A DNA stretch of 64,000 bases, taken from NCBI GenBank assembly GCA_009914755.4, contig CP068257.2, forward strand, positions 36,544,001-36,608,000, in the 5' to 3' direction. Below are positions 1 to 14,499 of this stretch, one piece after another. A program made the translations under genes and the position numbers. How positions within the stretch are numbered: the stretch's first letter is position 1; the number at the start of each line of letters is the position of its first letter. This stretch comes from the human T2T-CHM13v2.0 reference genome, Homo sapiens. The notes beneath the pieces were generated by a model. It was not told the origin of the DNA, ran no database searches, and saw only the letters and a program-made list of their open reading frames with translations.

Positions 1-1400
1 AGGGTGAGGTGTGATGAATCGAACTGCTTTTCCCAGAACACAGAATACAGCCAAGGTATGAAAGCTGTTCCCCAGAGGGGAAAAATGTACACTGGCCAAT
101 GAGGGTGCATCCAAGAGCCTGTAGGCTTTCTTGGGCATTGATTAAACCAATATGCCAGGCATCACCTGCTTGAGAATTACTAGAGATGTTTGTCAAACCC
201 CCAGTCCCTGGAATTAGACTACCTTGATGTACATCTCAGAAATATGCAACTACTTTGAGGTGGTTTTACATTTCCTAAAATTTAAGAACAATTGCTCTAG
301 AAGATAATAATTCTACCTCCACTGACACTGGAAATACATGTAAGGATGGCTCTGCATGTCCTTCATCACAGCAAGTTGACATTTTCTAGAATCACTGAAA
401 GGAATTATTGCTATAAAAAAATCCAATCCAACAATAAAGCCCCAGATGATCAGAATTGTTCATCCCGAAACTCTTCATGTCCCAGAATTGCACATGGTGT
501 CTGGGACACTTGCTGGAGTGGATTCCTGTGATCGGTGACCTCCCAGTTTGTGTGCCGACAGGGCTTAGAGCTGCAGGCAATGCAGTTGCTACACGGTATC
601 TCAGTGTCAAGAATCAACAGTTCCATGGAGCCAAGAGGGTGCAGGTTGGCAGTGGTGGGGTGGGGGGATCTGTTTGCAAGACGGTGTCATGGAGCCTTTC
701 TGTGGCATTGAAGGAACAAAGATACAGGGGCACAAAGGACATGGCACTTTGTGCTGCTGGCACTGTTTCTACATTGAGTGACCTCCCCAGGAAATCCCCA
801 CTGAAACACAAGGTGAGTTTTGCCAGATTTAAACAAGATAATTCCAGTGAGTTTATCAGGAAGTGGAAATGGAGAGCTACATTGGAAATCTGTTTTCAGA
901 CATCCCGTGTCCATTTCTGTTTCTGGAAACCACTTCTAGATGAACCTTGGACTCAGTTCATCTTCCCTTTGCTCTACATTCTCTGATTTCCAAGCAATAA
1001 AACCAACAGGGCTGTATTTCTCTGGACAAGACCCTCACCTATCAGCAGAAACAGAAAAGCAAATCCTCCCCGAAACAGCAGCTTGGGGAAGTGGCCCATT
1101 GGATGCCTTTTTCTAGGGCTGTACTGTGAGAAAATGTCTTTCATTGCATCTACCCAATGCTCAAAGTTACTTCTCATTGAGAAGAAATCATAGATTTGAC
1201 AAAATTGTGAGTGAACACTAAAGAACCTGTCTTCTGGAACGTACCTGTGAGGTGAAAGGAAAGGAACTTATGTTTGGTGTGTGGACTGGTGGGATGCAGG
1301 ACAGGCTTCATCAGGGTGTGACTTGTGCCACTGCACAGGGGCCCATGCTCAGAAGAGCTTTGCACTTGGTTTAATGCCCTGATGGCACCATCCTGAAATT

Positions 1401-1743
<343 letters not shown>

Positions 1744-2529
1744 TGAATTTTCATTTTGTCCTGGGCTCCACAAATTACACAGCTTGTCCTGGTAGGACTG
1801 CATGGTGGGATTTGGAGAGCTCTGGATTTAAAATTAGGCAGTCTTGGATCAGATCCCGCTCTTCTACTTAGTAACTGTCATCTTAGACAAGTGATAGCAT
1901 CCTCCCTCCCAGCCTGAGTTCTCTCATCTACAAAACAGAATTACAAACAGAATCCCACCTTTCTGGTGGGATTGTTGTTAATACTGAGTGAGTTCACCTG
2001 GCATATACAGCTAGCCTTGACCCTGGCATGAAGTCAGTAAATGCAGATAATTTGTACTCAATTTAAGTAAATTGTATGTCGTTCTTGAAATATATGTGAG
2101 TGACCTGCAATTTAATATAATAAAATATGTATTTCTTGAGTTGCTCTTACATGTACTATGCAAAAGTTCATATTTACAATGCATTATCATGGCTAAATCA
2201 TAAATATGGGAAAGTCAGTTAAATAAGACTTTAAAAGAAGAACCCAAGTCTAGTCACTTAACACTTACGAGGCATTTCTCATTGAGAAACCGGATTATCT
2301 TTTATAGCCTCTGGAGACTCAGAGCCTATCCCAGGTTCCTACACATCCAAGAACAAATGTGTCCTGAGCAGATGAATGAAAGAGTAAGTGGACCCCTCAG
2401 GAAAAGAGCGTTTTTAACACCCTGAATTAACCTCTCAATATTCCTCTAACAAGAAAAAGTGTTAGGACACTGGGGCCTTAACATTAGCTTTCCTACTCAC
2501 TGAGTGATCTTGACAAGTTACCTAAACTT

Positions 2530-2858
2530 TTATTTATGTATTTATTTTTGAGACAGGATCTCACTCAGGTTGTCAACAATCGAGGGTCATAGGTTCTTCA
2601 CCCAGGCTGGAGTGCAGTGGCAGGATCATAGATCACTGCAGCCTCGACCTCCCTGAGCTCAGGTGATCCTCCCACATCAGCCGCCCAAGTAGCTGGGACT
2701 ACAGGGACACCCCACCATGCCGAGCTAATTTTCTTTTTTTTGGAGATGGGTCTTTGCCATATTGCCCACACTGGTCTCAAACTCCTGGGCTTAAGTGATC
2801 CATTCACCTTGGCCTCCCAAAGTGATGGGATTATAGGCATGAGCTACTGTGCCTGGCC
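2530..2858 (-). mobile_element. Alu SINE, antisense, carrying a 35-bp non-Alu insertion at 2566-2600
   Basis: T-rich tail then reverse-complement Alu body (gagacaggatctcact ... cccaggctggagtgcagtggc ... ggcatgagctactgtgcctggcc). TSD cctaaac(t/a)tt on both sides. The body is interrupted by caggttgtcaacaatcgagggtcataggttcttca, which is absent from the Alu consensus. Confidence 0.9.
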
Positions 2859-3554
2859 ATCCTAAACATTTGGACTTCAGATTCGTTATTTGTGAAATGG
2901 AAAGTGAAGTCATCATAAAATCTCTTTCAACGTATTGGAAGGAAGATTAAATAAACTTATAATAGGTGAACACTTTTTGTAAACTCTACAGTGGTGTACA
3001 AATGGGATGTGTTAACTTTATATACTGTTGTTGTCAGTCCAGTGATTCCCAAAAGGTGACCAGGGAACCCTAGCTCCTCAGGGATAACAAGCAAAGCCAG
3101 TATCCTTTTCAGCCTCAGAACTTACCAGAGCCTTTGATGTGCTAATGAGCACTGGAACACTCTGTAAAAGAGGAGCATGGTTTGTGGCATTTCCCAAATA
3201 CATTTGTCCAGAATCTTCTGTCAGAGAACTCCTTAAAGGATTCACGTTTTAGTGGGGCACCCACTGGAAAACACTGGGCTATCATGTGGACTGGGCCTAC
3301 ATGGGTTTATTTGGTAGACATGGTGCCCTGCTCACCCATCCTCTTCAGCCTCTCTCCCTCGTCATGCAGGCAGTGCTTTCCTGAAGAGTAGCAATGAGGA
3401 GATGGGAGAAAGTAGATTATCTGTTTCTTAACTGGCTCTTTACCTCTCAAATAACCTTCCTCTTTGGGGCATTTTTGCACAGTTCTCTCTAGATTTAATG
3501 CATTGAGGGCAAAATAATTAACCCAAGACTGATTGCCATAGTTATTATTATTGT

Positions 3555-3705
3555 TCTCCTCCTCCTCGTCCTCCTCCTTTTCCTCCTCCTTCCTCTTTCT
3601 CTTCTCCTCCTCCAACTTCTCCTTCTACTCCTGCTCCTGCTCCTTCTCCTTCTTCATCTCTGTCTTTTTCTTCTCTTCTTCCTCCCACTTCTTTTTTTAA
3701 ACTCA
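3555..3705. repeat. Pyrimidine-rich (CTC/CTT)n imperfect microsatellite
   Basis: Directly visible ctcctcctcctcgtcctcctcc...cttctcctt array of ~150 bp. Confidence 0.85.
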
Positions 3706-4549
3706 ACTATGTGATGATTTCTTCTTTTACAACAATTTTATTGTCATAGTTTGGCATAGTTTACAAATTTTCAATGAAATATAAACCCTAAAATTTAAAA
3801 TATTGCTCTAAGAATTTTTAAAAATAGAGTCATCTTTAAGTGCAAAGGGGCATATTATTCAAATTCAATTTTGAAGTTTATGTTTGTACCTTTCCTGGGG
3901 TTAGGGGCCATTTTAGAACATGGTAATCATGGACAGTATCTGATGGTACTGGTGGCCATTTCAATAGCTGTTAGCTGCAAATTCAACAAGTATAGGATAC
4001 CTGTCTCCTTCTTGGGACTTTCATGGCATACCCCTTTTCCCAATAATGCTGTGTGGTAAAAAATAATAGTAATAATAATGCTGTGAGGTTCAGAGAGACT
4101 GAATAACTCTCAAAAGTCATGTAAAAAAGATATATGACAGAGTTACTATTTGAACAAAGGTTTTCAGACTCCCAGGTATTCCCTGCAAAGAGAAGGTATG
4201 AGGAACAACCCCTTTGTCTCTGTGACCCCACAGAAGCCTCTGGGACCCCACTTTCTGATTCTTCCTCCTATTCCTTTTTGTCTTTGATCTGCTTCTATTT
4301 CTCCTCTCCCTTTTCCTCTTGTCTTTTATCTGATCCATGCCAATCGTGCTCTCCAAAATGAAGAACCTATGATCCCTCGATTGTTGACAACCTGAGAACA
4401 TTTCTTGCCCTACCCAGGACAGAAGGAAATGACATAAAAACATTTTATTCATTGGGTGAAATGGGATTATTTTTGAGCTGCTCTGTTCAACATCAGTGAG
4501 GCTGCTCAATAAAGAGAAGAGGAAACCTGGCATAAAAGAAGAAACTGGG

Positions 4550-5030
4550 CTTCAGCTTTGCATGCATATACATGTTTATTGCAGCACTATTCACAATAGC
4601 TGCAAAGACATAGAATAAACCCAGATGCCCATCAATGGTGGATTGGATAAAGAAAATGTGGTACAATACACCACGGAATACTGTGCAGCCATAAAAAAAG
4701 AAAATTATGTCCTTTGCACCAACATGGGTGCAGCTGGAAGCCATTCTCCTAAGTGAATTAGTGCAGAAACAGAAAACCAAATACCACATGTTCTTACTTA
4801 TAAATGAGAGCTAAACATTGGGTACCCATTGATATAATGACAGGAAGAGCAGACACTGGGGACTCCAAACATGGGGAGGGAGGGAGGAGAGTAAGGACTG
4901 ATAAACTACCAATTGACTACTATGTTTACTCCTTGGGTGACGGGTTCAATTGAAGCCAAAACCTTAGCATCATATCCATATAACAAATGTACACATGTAC
5001 CCCCAGAACTAATATTTTAAAAAAAATAAG
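4550..5030 (+). mobile_element. L1 3'-end fragment (ORF2 C-terminus plus 3'UTR), sense orientation
   Basis: tattcacaatagctgcaaagacatagaataaacccagatgcccatcaatgg ... ggtacaatacaccacggaatactgtgcagccataaaaaa ... A-rich end at ~5020. Matches the conserved L1 3' region. Confidence 0.8.
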
Positions 5031-7084
5031 AAACATTTCCTCCCAGAGACAGTGTCCTAATGTGGTTTTATCAGAGTCGGTTCTTCCTGGTGGGAGATAA
5101 TAAATAATGGCATCTTATCCAGAAGACTTCATCAAGTACCTGAAGTTTACTGTGGGAACATCTGGGCTGTAGCCCCTCCTTCCAAGGAGCTCTGGGATCA
5201 ACTTCTGATACTGAGAAGCGTGAAGTTCGAATTCAACTTTAGCCTTGTTATGCTTGTGTGTGCACTTTCACACTTATTGTTAAGGGATTCGTGAGTGGCT
5301 GAGGAGAGGAGACACAGAAGACTCCCTTTCTTTGTAATGTGCAAAAAACCATAGAGAATCAGTAAATGCAGATGAATGGGAATATAAAGCACTTACTGTT
5401 CTTATGGTTCAAAGGTTTTAGAACAGGCACATCCACCTTTACTCAGCCACAACCAAGAAGACTGGAATTCAGAAGCACACTCGACCTCTAAGCCTGCCTT
5501 TCTCATCATGCTGTCTCACACTTCTCCCTGGATAAATAAAGGCGACCTGTGCCCTAGCATTGATAATGATGCTGGGGACAAAGTCAAGCTCCGACAGTGT
5601 TGGGACAGTCTCTGGAGTCTGCCTGGGCCCTGGCGCCTGAAATGGCCTGGCTGGTCCTTAGGCCGGGCCACCTTGCCTGCCTGTTTTCTGGTTTCTTTCC
5701 CTCCTGGGCCATCTGTTTTTCACCTGCCTGATGGCTGCAGTCTGCTTTCCATCTGGTCATCGTTCCAAAAACATGGGAAGCAGAATATGACAAATGGTGA
5801 TAAATGGAAAGAAAGGAGTCACAGAGGTTTCAGCGTTGATCATCCACAGATTTACCAGCCATTATAAAATTTGGCTCCTGCTTATTCATTTTCATCTGCA
5901 TGCCAAAAGCAATCGATTGTAGAAAAGACCCGCATTCTTTGTCTATTTTACTTGCCAAGTCAGTTGGAGTCCAGATGGTGACACTGACCTTTGCAGAGTT
6001 CCTCATTCTTCCCAGGAAATGTACATTCGAGGAAAAGTCAAGCCTCTTACCACTTTAGTGGTACCATTAAGAGGGTGGTTGGGGAACCTGGATTATTTTA
6101 AATGCATACACGCACACACACCAAGCCTGGAACATGCTGCTTGCTCTTATCATCAAGAGTGTTATAATTTTGGGCTGGCTGGAAAGCAAAAGCTCCAAGT
6201 TAGAAAGCAATCTGTTCCACCCCTGCCCCCTCACCCTCCCTGAAGCCAGACGGCTGTAGTGCAGCTTTCTCCTCTTCAGACACACACCGGGTTGGAGCCT
6301 GTTAAATTGCATCGGCACTGACTGGACCTCACAGAGGCCCATGTTCTATGCCCCTCTGGGAACCCTCATTGGCTTTTGGATACTTTCCTTGCTACTCCGA
6401 GTTCGCCAAATGCTGTGATAGACCCTTGTAAGGTCACAAGAGTGCAACAATGAGAGAAAAAAAAAGCTGTGATTCTAAAACTGAACCACACTCCTACATT
6501 ATCAGGATTTTTCCATTTTCCAGTGAGAGTGGAATAGAGAAGACTTTCTGCCCTGGAGCCTGGTTCCTTTCCATGGATCTTAACAACAGGGGGAAATAGT
6601 AGACCCTGCACCTGCAGGAGGAGGAGGGTCTGGGGAAAGACAAAGCTGGGATTAACCTCATGCTACTAGTTATAAAGAATGATTTGGAAGGATCAGTATC
6701 ACCCAAATTAGCTATTTGCCAAACACTGAATATCTATCAACTGATAACCACCCTCTTATTATTGAAATAATTTTGTTTTCATAAATCCAGTTCTAATTCA
6801 AGAAGATGCCGTTTCATGTGAACTCCATCAGATTACAGCTCTCCAGGCACAAGGGGTCGCTGGCTTAGAATCAAAGCACATGTCCAGATTTCCTCCTTCT
6901 CACTTTTCTTCTTGGTTGCTTATAGATGCGAAATTCTCTTTCCTTGCTTCTCCATTCTGTGGCTTTAGGGATTTAGAAGAACAAGAGCTAAATCCTTACT
7001 TTGTGTCAGGGTCCGTAACAAAGGCTTCACACGTCTTAACATGTTGAGTCCTCAGAGCAAAGGCATGGAGAGGGATATACTATT

Positions 7085-7215
7085 ATCATCCCCATTTTAC
7101 ATATGAGGACATCAGGGCACAGATAGGTTAACTTGCCCAAGGTCACAGGCTAGTATGTGTGGGTTTGAACCAAGGCCATGGAGCTCCAGGATTTGTGCTC
7201 CTAAACATGTTGCTG
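7085..7215 (+). mobile_element. MIR SINE fragment
   Basis: ccccattttacatatgaggacatcagggcacagataggttaacttgcccaaggtcacaggctagtatgtgtgggtttgaaccaagg matches the MIR core (ccccattttacagatgaggaaactgaggc ... ttgcccaaggtcaca). Confidence 0.75.
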
Positions 7216-7914
7216 TGGTCCCCCTTAGAATGTAGAGCAAGAGTTCTCAGCTGGGGGTGATTTTGCATTTGGCAGGGGCCCTCTACTTTAGCACTGTCTG
7301 GAGACATTGTTGATTGTCACAGGTGGAGAAGCACTCCTGGAATCTCGTGAGTGGAGGCCAGGCTGGAGATGCTGCTAAACATCCTCTAATGTACAGGGCA
7401 GCTCCCCTCAGCATAGAACTCTCCTCCCTCAAGTATCAATAATGCTGACATTGAAAAAAACCCCGATGAAAAGAAATCACCGGACACATACACAGAAATG
7501 TACACAGATGTATAAATAGTAAATCAATCAATCAATCTATCTCTGTTGATCCACCTATCTAGCTAGCTACCTATGTCTTCCTTCTGCTCCCAGAAGACAG
7601 CTAAAAGGTTTACTCTTTTGAAAGGGCCTTTAAAGTATTCACTATTTTGAAAGCTTTTAGTAGTAATTTTCATATAAGAGTTATAGAGTAAAGTGATTTA
7701 CAAGTTATTGTTCCTTGAAAATATAGTGGTGTGTGTGTGTAGTAGGGATGGCTCCCACTTTAGTTCCTGTGGACTTTCCCTTTGGCTGTGGAAAGTCCAG
7801 GTCATTCCCTAAGACCTTGTACCTGTGATTTTTGTCTCCACTTGGCCTTTGAGAAAAAAGCTGGGCCAGGACAGGTCATCTGGCCAAGGCCAAGTTCTCA
7901 GTCATTTTAATTCT

Positions 7915-8345
7915 AATTACATCCAGCTTACATTACACATTATGTTAATATCACACTCCATCATGTTACAGCAATATACATTATGTAATATATTAATAGA
8001 CATTACCTATTCTGTTATTAGCACATGACATTAATACACCTTATATTAACACACATTAAATATTACATCAATACACATTACATGCTACATTGACAGCACA
8101 TTACAAATTACATTAATAACACATTGCAAATTACACTAATGCATACTACATATCACAGTGATGCACACTACCTATCACATTAGTAACACCTTCCATATTA
8201 CATGATTAACACATTACATCTTATATTTATACACATTATATATTACATTCATAATGCACTCGATATTACATAACACATTACATATAATGTAATTATATGG
8301 AATATATGATTAACACATTACATATTGCATTAATGCACATTACAC
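7915..8345. repeat. Degenerate tandem repeat / minisatellite built from ACATTACA(T/A)ATTACATTAATAACAC-like units
   Basis: ~430 bp made almost entirely of overlapping acattaca / attacat / taataacac words with irregular ~20-25-bp periodicity. Confidence 0.7.
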
Positions 8346-9299
8346 ATTATATTAATATGTACATCCTGATGCCTGGTTGAAGGAAGCTCATTCTTTCTGG
8401 AGTCCCCAACTCTAATATTCCTGGTCACCTCCAGTCCTAGTTGTCACCTGCAGCTGATCTAGACAACGCTGGTTTCTCAAAGAGCTGACAGTTCCCCCAA
8501 GGGCAGCTCCCTCCCAGGCAAGCACAGGCCCCTTGGCTGCCTGGGAAGTTCTCCATGTTCTTCACCCTAGCTTGCTTCACGGCCCACAGACATCCCCTTT
8601 GTGCTGTGCTTACCCAGTGGGGTCCTGGTCCTTTGGGGTCACCCCCACAGCTGCTCTACTACAGCCTACATGGCTGACCAGGGAGACAGGTGAAGCGATG
8701 TCAGTGCTTGACAACTCACACGGCCCAGCGAGCCATTCCTCAATGCTGATCAGTTCCCACAAGTAACAGGCTCTGGCTGAGTGAAGGAGATGGTGCAGGT
8801 GCAGGTCAAGACAGGGTCACTGCCCTTCTGGAGCTTGGGTCTAGCAGGAGAGCGGAGTAGAGGTAAGACTTTAATTAAAAGACCCATTGATAACTTGGAA
8901 TTAAGGGTGATGTGCTGTTATATCTAGCTGTGAGGAAAAAGATCATTTGGTTTCAGTTCTTAGACCTGGGTGCTGGGCTTGGGGAAGCTTGTCCAACTCT
9001 TCTTTCCCTCCAGGTGAGTTCTGTCTTGAGGCCTCTCTTTCATTTGTTCCCCCTGCTCTGTGGTTTCTAGGTGCATTGCCCATCCTTCAGAGAGCTCTGT
9101 GTGAATCCATAAAAGGTGCTTAAAGCTTTTCACTCCATGAGGCCTCATCTGTCTCATGAAAGCAATAAATGTAAGTGGACATTTGGGAGGAAATGTTTGC
9201 TTTGCATGCTCATAACTGGATGGCTCATTTGGATGGAGATTGCCCCAGACATCCGTGTAAGTCCTCCATCCTAGTAGACAGCAAACTACTGCAGCACGA

Positions 9300-9425
9300 A
9301 CCATATTACATTACTAACACACTACAAATTATACTGATACACACTACATATCACAATAATTCACATTACATATTACATTAGTAACATCCTCCATATTACA
9401 TGATTAACTCATTACACCTTATATG
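9300..9425. repeat. Partial second copy of the ACATTA-rich minisatellite
   Basis: 9305-9420 aligns base-for-base (~85-90%) with 8100-8235 (cattacaaattacattaataacacattgcaaattacactaatgcatactacatatcacag...). It is separated from the parent array by ~950 bp of unique sequence. Confidence 0.7.
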
Positions 9426-11224
9426 AGCTGGTTTGTGCTGCTCCCTATGTAAGCACCCTCTGTAATTCCATCAGGATCTCAAAGGTCTGGAGCTCAGGTT
9501 CAGCCACAGTACCTGCAATGCAATGAAATTAATGGTATTATGATAGTAATGATATGATAATATTAATGCAGGCTGTTGTGCAGTACACCTACTAAGGTTC
9601 TGGGAAATAGAATCCACAAGACATGATATACACCTTATCCTTCCTTTTCCTCCAAAACACTGCCACGATCTATCAACACCATCATTTAACAGATGTTGAA
9701 AGAAAGACTCTAAAAAATAACTTGCCCAAGGCCAGTCAGTGAGTTGGCTGCAAACTCTCTGTCTTTCCCCATTTCTTCCTTTTCTCTATTCCACGTAGTA
9801 TTTAAGTCATCACCTCCTGTTCACCCCACAGTGCTCAGCTCTGCCACCCCTCACTCACTGGAGCACCAGTGCTCAGGTCACCCACTATGCCTACCTTGCA
9901 CATCCCACCTCTGGCTGCACCCACAGGCTCACGCTAGGCAGGGAAGGGCAGGTAAGGGCATCAGGCATTGTGCCCTTCCATAGCCAGGCTCATGGAGGGC
10001 TTTCTGAGCAGAGATTCTAATTCTGCCAGCTGACCTGGTAGAAGCCCCCAGGCTGCAGCCCTGTTCTGCCCACTTCCACTCCCATGCATAGGGACATCCA
10101 CAACATCCACACTCCAGGTAACTGAATCCACCTCCCCACTGCAGCATTTCAGAAGATGCTAAGTGCAGGATGAACCACACACTTCCTTCTCCAAACTGGG
10201 CCACTTTTGAGAGTAAAAGAGGCATTATTAATAACTGAGACAACAGGTGGATGCTGGACATATGTCATTCACCCTGTTTGACAAACTCCTGTCGCCTCTC
10301 ACCAGCAGAGGAGGCTGTGAGACCAGAAGACTTGGAAGGAAGTGGCAGGCACTGATTGTTTCTAAGGGAGCTGGGTTGGATCCTCGTTTTGTGTGGTTGG
10401 GAGGCTGGCAGCTGGCAGTCCCCTCAAGCCAAGCATGATGTAGTGGGGGTAGGTTATCTTTCTTCTCACTGCCTTAGTGTCCTCAGGATTGCCTTGGGGC
10501 CACTTTTCTTGTCATCAGGAAGTGAGCAGGACCACAGCTGATGACCCTCAGCCTGTCATTTTGGTGCAATCCAGGGTTTAACTGGCCGGGGAGTAAAGGG
10601 GACTGTTGCACCATTCCAGGCTGGCTGAGCCTTGTATCTCACCTCCCCACATCTCTGTATCCCTGGGGCTAAATGGGGCTGTTTCCATGCTCCTTCTAGA
10701 AGCTTCTCCAGCACCAGCCTTCCCCCAAACCAGAACAAGAGCATTGATCTACACCCAAGAGGAGCAGGAATCAGCAGAAACGCAATGGAAGAAACTGATA
10801 TGCCATCTAGTGGAAACACAGAAAGCCTCAAATGAAAATCTCAGCCAAAATGAGGCCACTCAACCAGTGTCCAGTGAATCAAGTTTCTGACAAAAGTCAG
10901 CTAAATCAAACACCTCTGTGTTTCACCCTTTTTGATGGCAACGCCTTAAATGTGACTGCTGCTCAGAAAGCCAAGTAAAGAAAATATAATGGGGCTGCTA
11001 TTGGCTCATTCCGAATCAGGCATTTTCTCTCAGGTCAGCATTTGGGATCAGAATTTTGATTACATAATATTGTCGAAGGCAACAGAAAAGGACCATTGAC
11101 TCACAGGGTGTTACAGCTGATAAAGGACTTCAGAATTAATCAACAAACATTGAGGCAACATTAACTAAAGGTCAAGAACTATTCTAACCACCTTATAAAT
11201 ATTTATTCACTTAATTCTCACAGC

Positions 11225-11400
11225 AGCCCTATATATAAGCACTAGCATTATCTCCACTTGACAGATAAGGAAACTGAGGCATGAAAAAGTTAAGAAAGGT
11301 GCTCAGGGACACACAGCTGATAAGGCTTCGCACCCGTTTGGTTAGGCTCGGAAGCCACTGCACCATGCCCAAGGTCACAGAGCAAGGAGTCCAAGCAGTA
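11225..11400 (+). mobile_element. MIR-like SINE fragment
   Basis: tctccacttgacagataaggaaactgaggcatg ... atgcccaaggtcacagagcaaggag matches the MIR consensus core. Confidence 0.6.
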
Positions 11401-12482
11401 TTTCCCTTACTCAGAGATATGAATAGCCAGAAACACTTAGGATGTTTGGTTTTACAACCCACAACCTCCTCCCCCACCTTCGCCAAAAGATAAACTATTT
11501 TCTTTTTTTCTGGAACTTACCTAACATAACATAATCTACATAAATCTACAAAATAATGTTGTTCATGAGAAAGGCATATTCGATTCAAGCTTATCCACCT
11601 TAAACTGCTTCTGCATAACCAACCTAGACGTATACAGAGTCCCTTCTGTTAGTTCCTTTGATGGATTTTTGCTTTTTTTCTCCTGAAAGTAAAAAGCAGG
11701 AACATATACTGTGATTTATTAGGTTTTGCATCTGTGACAAGGAATGCAGTCCTAGAGAGGGCGGTAATTAGCTAATGCTTCTGGAATGCTGCTTCCTTCC
11801 CACCAGCCCCTGGAGGTCAGCAGGCCAGGGGCGAAGGCAGCTTTGTCCTGCCCCTATGGGAGGTTGTGTTTCTCGACCCAGTGTCTTGAGTTTGCTTCGG
11901 GGCCGGCATCTATGGAGAGCAGGGAGCATTTGCACTCCTTGGGGAAGAGGCATGAGGAGGGGCAGCAGTGTCCTAAGCTCCTAGTGACTCAGTCTATTCT
12001 TGACCTGCCATCACAGGGATGAGTTTGGCCTGAATGAAAGTCACACACCCTGAGCAGGCTCTGAGGTTTGGTTTAGTCCACAGTTTTTCAACCTCAGGAC
12101 TATTGACGTTTTGTCGTGGGGCTACTGGATGCACTGTGAAATGTTAACAGCATCCCTGACCCTCCACCACTAGATGCCAGTAATGGCTGTAACCGTAATA
12201 GGTTCGCTGCCTGATGGGCAGCCAGCAAGTCAGTACACCGAGACAGCCAGTTGCAGCAGAGAAAGAGGGTTCATTGCAGAGCCGCTGAATAAGACGGGAG
12301 GAAACCTCAAATTTGTCTCCCCGAGGAGTTTTAGGGTTAGGGTTTTTAAGGGTTTTAGAGTTGACCAAAGTGTGGAGATCAGTGGTTGATCGAAGAGTGC
12401 AGGGTGAAGGCATTGGACAAGAAGATGAAGACGCTGTATTCTCATACTGATTCAGTTCCTCTGTGAGGTGAGGGTCTTCTAA

Positions 12483-12838
<356 letters not shown>

Positions 12839-14499
12839 ACATCTTAAGCAATTTTTAAGCAAAAGCCTTGTGATTCTAACCTCAGAGATGCTATCTATAA
12901 GAACAACAGGGATACAGATGGTCAGTGTCTAGGCCTACCTGACTTTCTGTTACAAGGAAGTGGGCCGAAGTGCAGCCTGATTAATGCTTAATTATAACTA
13001 TATTTCTGTACAGAATTCTTGTTAAGAATTATTGGGTCCAGGATTGACCTAATTTTCCCAAATTATTTAAGATTAATTATAACATGGCCTCTCAGATTGG
13101 TTCAAGGGTAGAGTGAGGGGGACCATGCCATTTGGGAAGAGCCATTCAGACATGTCTAATAAGTAAGCATTGCTTTTCTCTACCTTACTCAATATTCTTT
13201 ACAGATTTCAGAAACAGCCTAAAACAACATTCCACACATTGAATGCATATACTAGTTCACAGTGAGGCCCTAGAGTACTGGAAGCAAAGCTGGGAAAAAT
13301 TAAAATTCTAAATCTTCTACACAGTAAATGCAAACATGAACTGGACATTCCTCATTTCTTCCATATTTCCTTTTCTACCATCTTTAGCCTATTCTCAGCC
13401 TCAGATGGACTGACGCATTAAAGCTCCAGAGTGTGGGTAATTTATGGAACTTGAAAAATGCATGTCTGGGAGCCATGGAGAGAGGGGGAAAGGGCAGTCC
13501 CAATCAGACCCTCAGTCTCCTCTTTGTCTTTCATGTACTCTCTAATGTCTACTCCATTGAGTGTACTCTTGGTACCCAACTCCTTTAATGGGAGAAGCTT
13601 TCAGCTGTTGCTCAGGGTATTGCTGCTCATATGCACTAAAGCCATTGAGCACACTATTCAGGGGACCCTCACCAGCCCTCTTGGATATTTGCACTATTGG
13701 TGGTCCTGAGGTGACCTCAAGGATGAGTCATAGGAGTTAGTCAATCTTTCAAAGGGAGTGTCTGTTCCCTCTGCTGGGAGATCGTGTGTTATTTGATGAA
13801 AATTTTCAATACAAACCCACTTTAAATACAGAAGACATCCCAGATGGAAAGGAAAAACCTTTTCAGACAGCTATTCTTCAATTTGGTTTCTGGAGGCATA
13901 ATTTTCTTCGATGGTAGGCAGAATTCTAAGATGACTTGTGCCTTGAATAATCCCTTCCTCTTGAGTAGGGGCAAGAGCTGTGGATATGATGGGATCTCAC
14001 TTTGTGTTATAATGTATGGCAAAAGGGACTTCTGCAGATGCAATTAAGGTCTCTTAACAGATGAGTTAAGGTAAAGGGAGACTGCCCCGGTTGGGCCTTA
14101 TCTAATCAGGTGAATTCTTATGGTCTTAAAGTCTGAGACAGAAGTCAGAGAGAGGCATGTTCCTGCTGGCCTGGAAGAAGAAAGCAGCCACAGTAGCTAG
14201 AACCAAAGAGTGGTCTGAGAGCTGAAAGCAGCCTCAGCCCAGGAGCCAGCAAGAAAATGGGGACCTCAGTGCTACAATCAGAAGGAACTGAATTCTGCCA
14301 GCAACCAGAGAGCTGGAAGAGGGCCCTAAGCCTCAGATGACCTTCCAGCCCTGGCTCAATAACTTATGTTGTTTTAAGTCACTAGGTCTATACGTAATTT
14401 GTTATCTGGCAATAGAAAATCAATGCACCTTCATTTTATTTTGTTGCTAAATTGGATATTCACTGTATTTTCTTATTTGCTTTGTTCTTGATGCTCTGG

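Noticed and set aside
456-986. 176-aa ORF with a consensus-looking splice donor (caag|gtgagt at ~813)
   Set aside because: No recognisable protein similarity, and the W/C/H-rich composition is typical of random human sequence. A lone donor consensus is expected by chance every few kb. Not enough to call an exon.
12322-12352. Telomere-like ttagggttaggg(ttttta)agggtttta motif
   Set aside because: Only two perfect hexamers. Too short to call an interstitial telomeric sequence.
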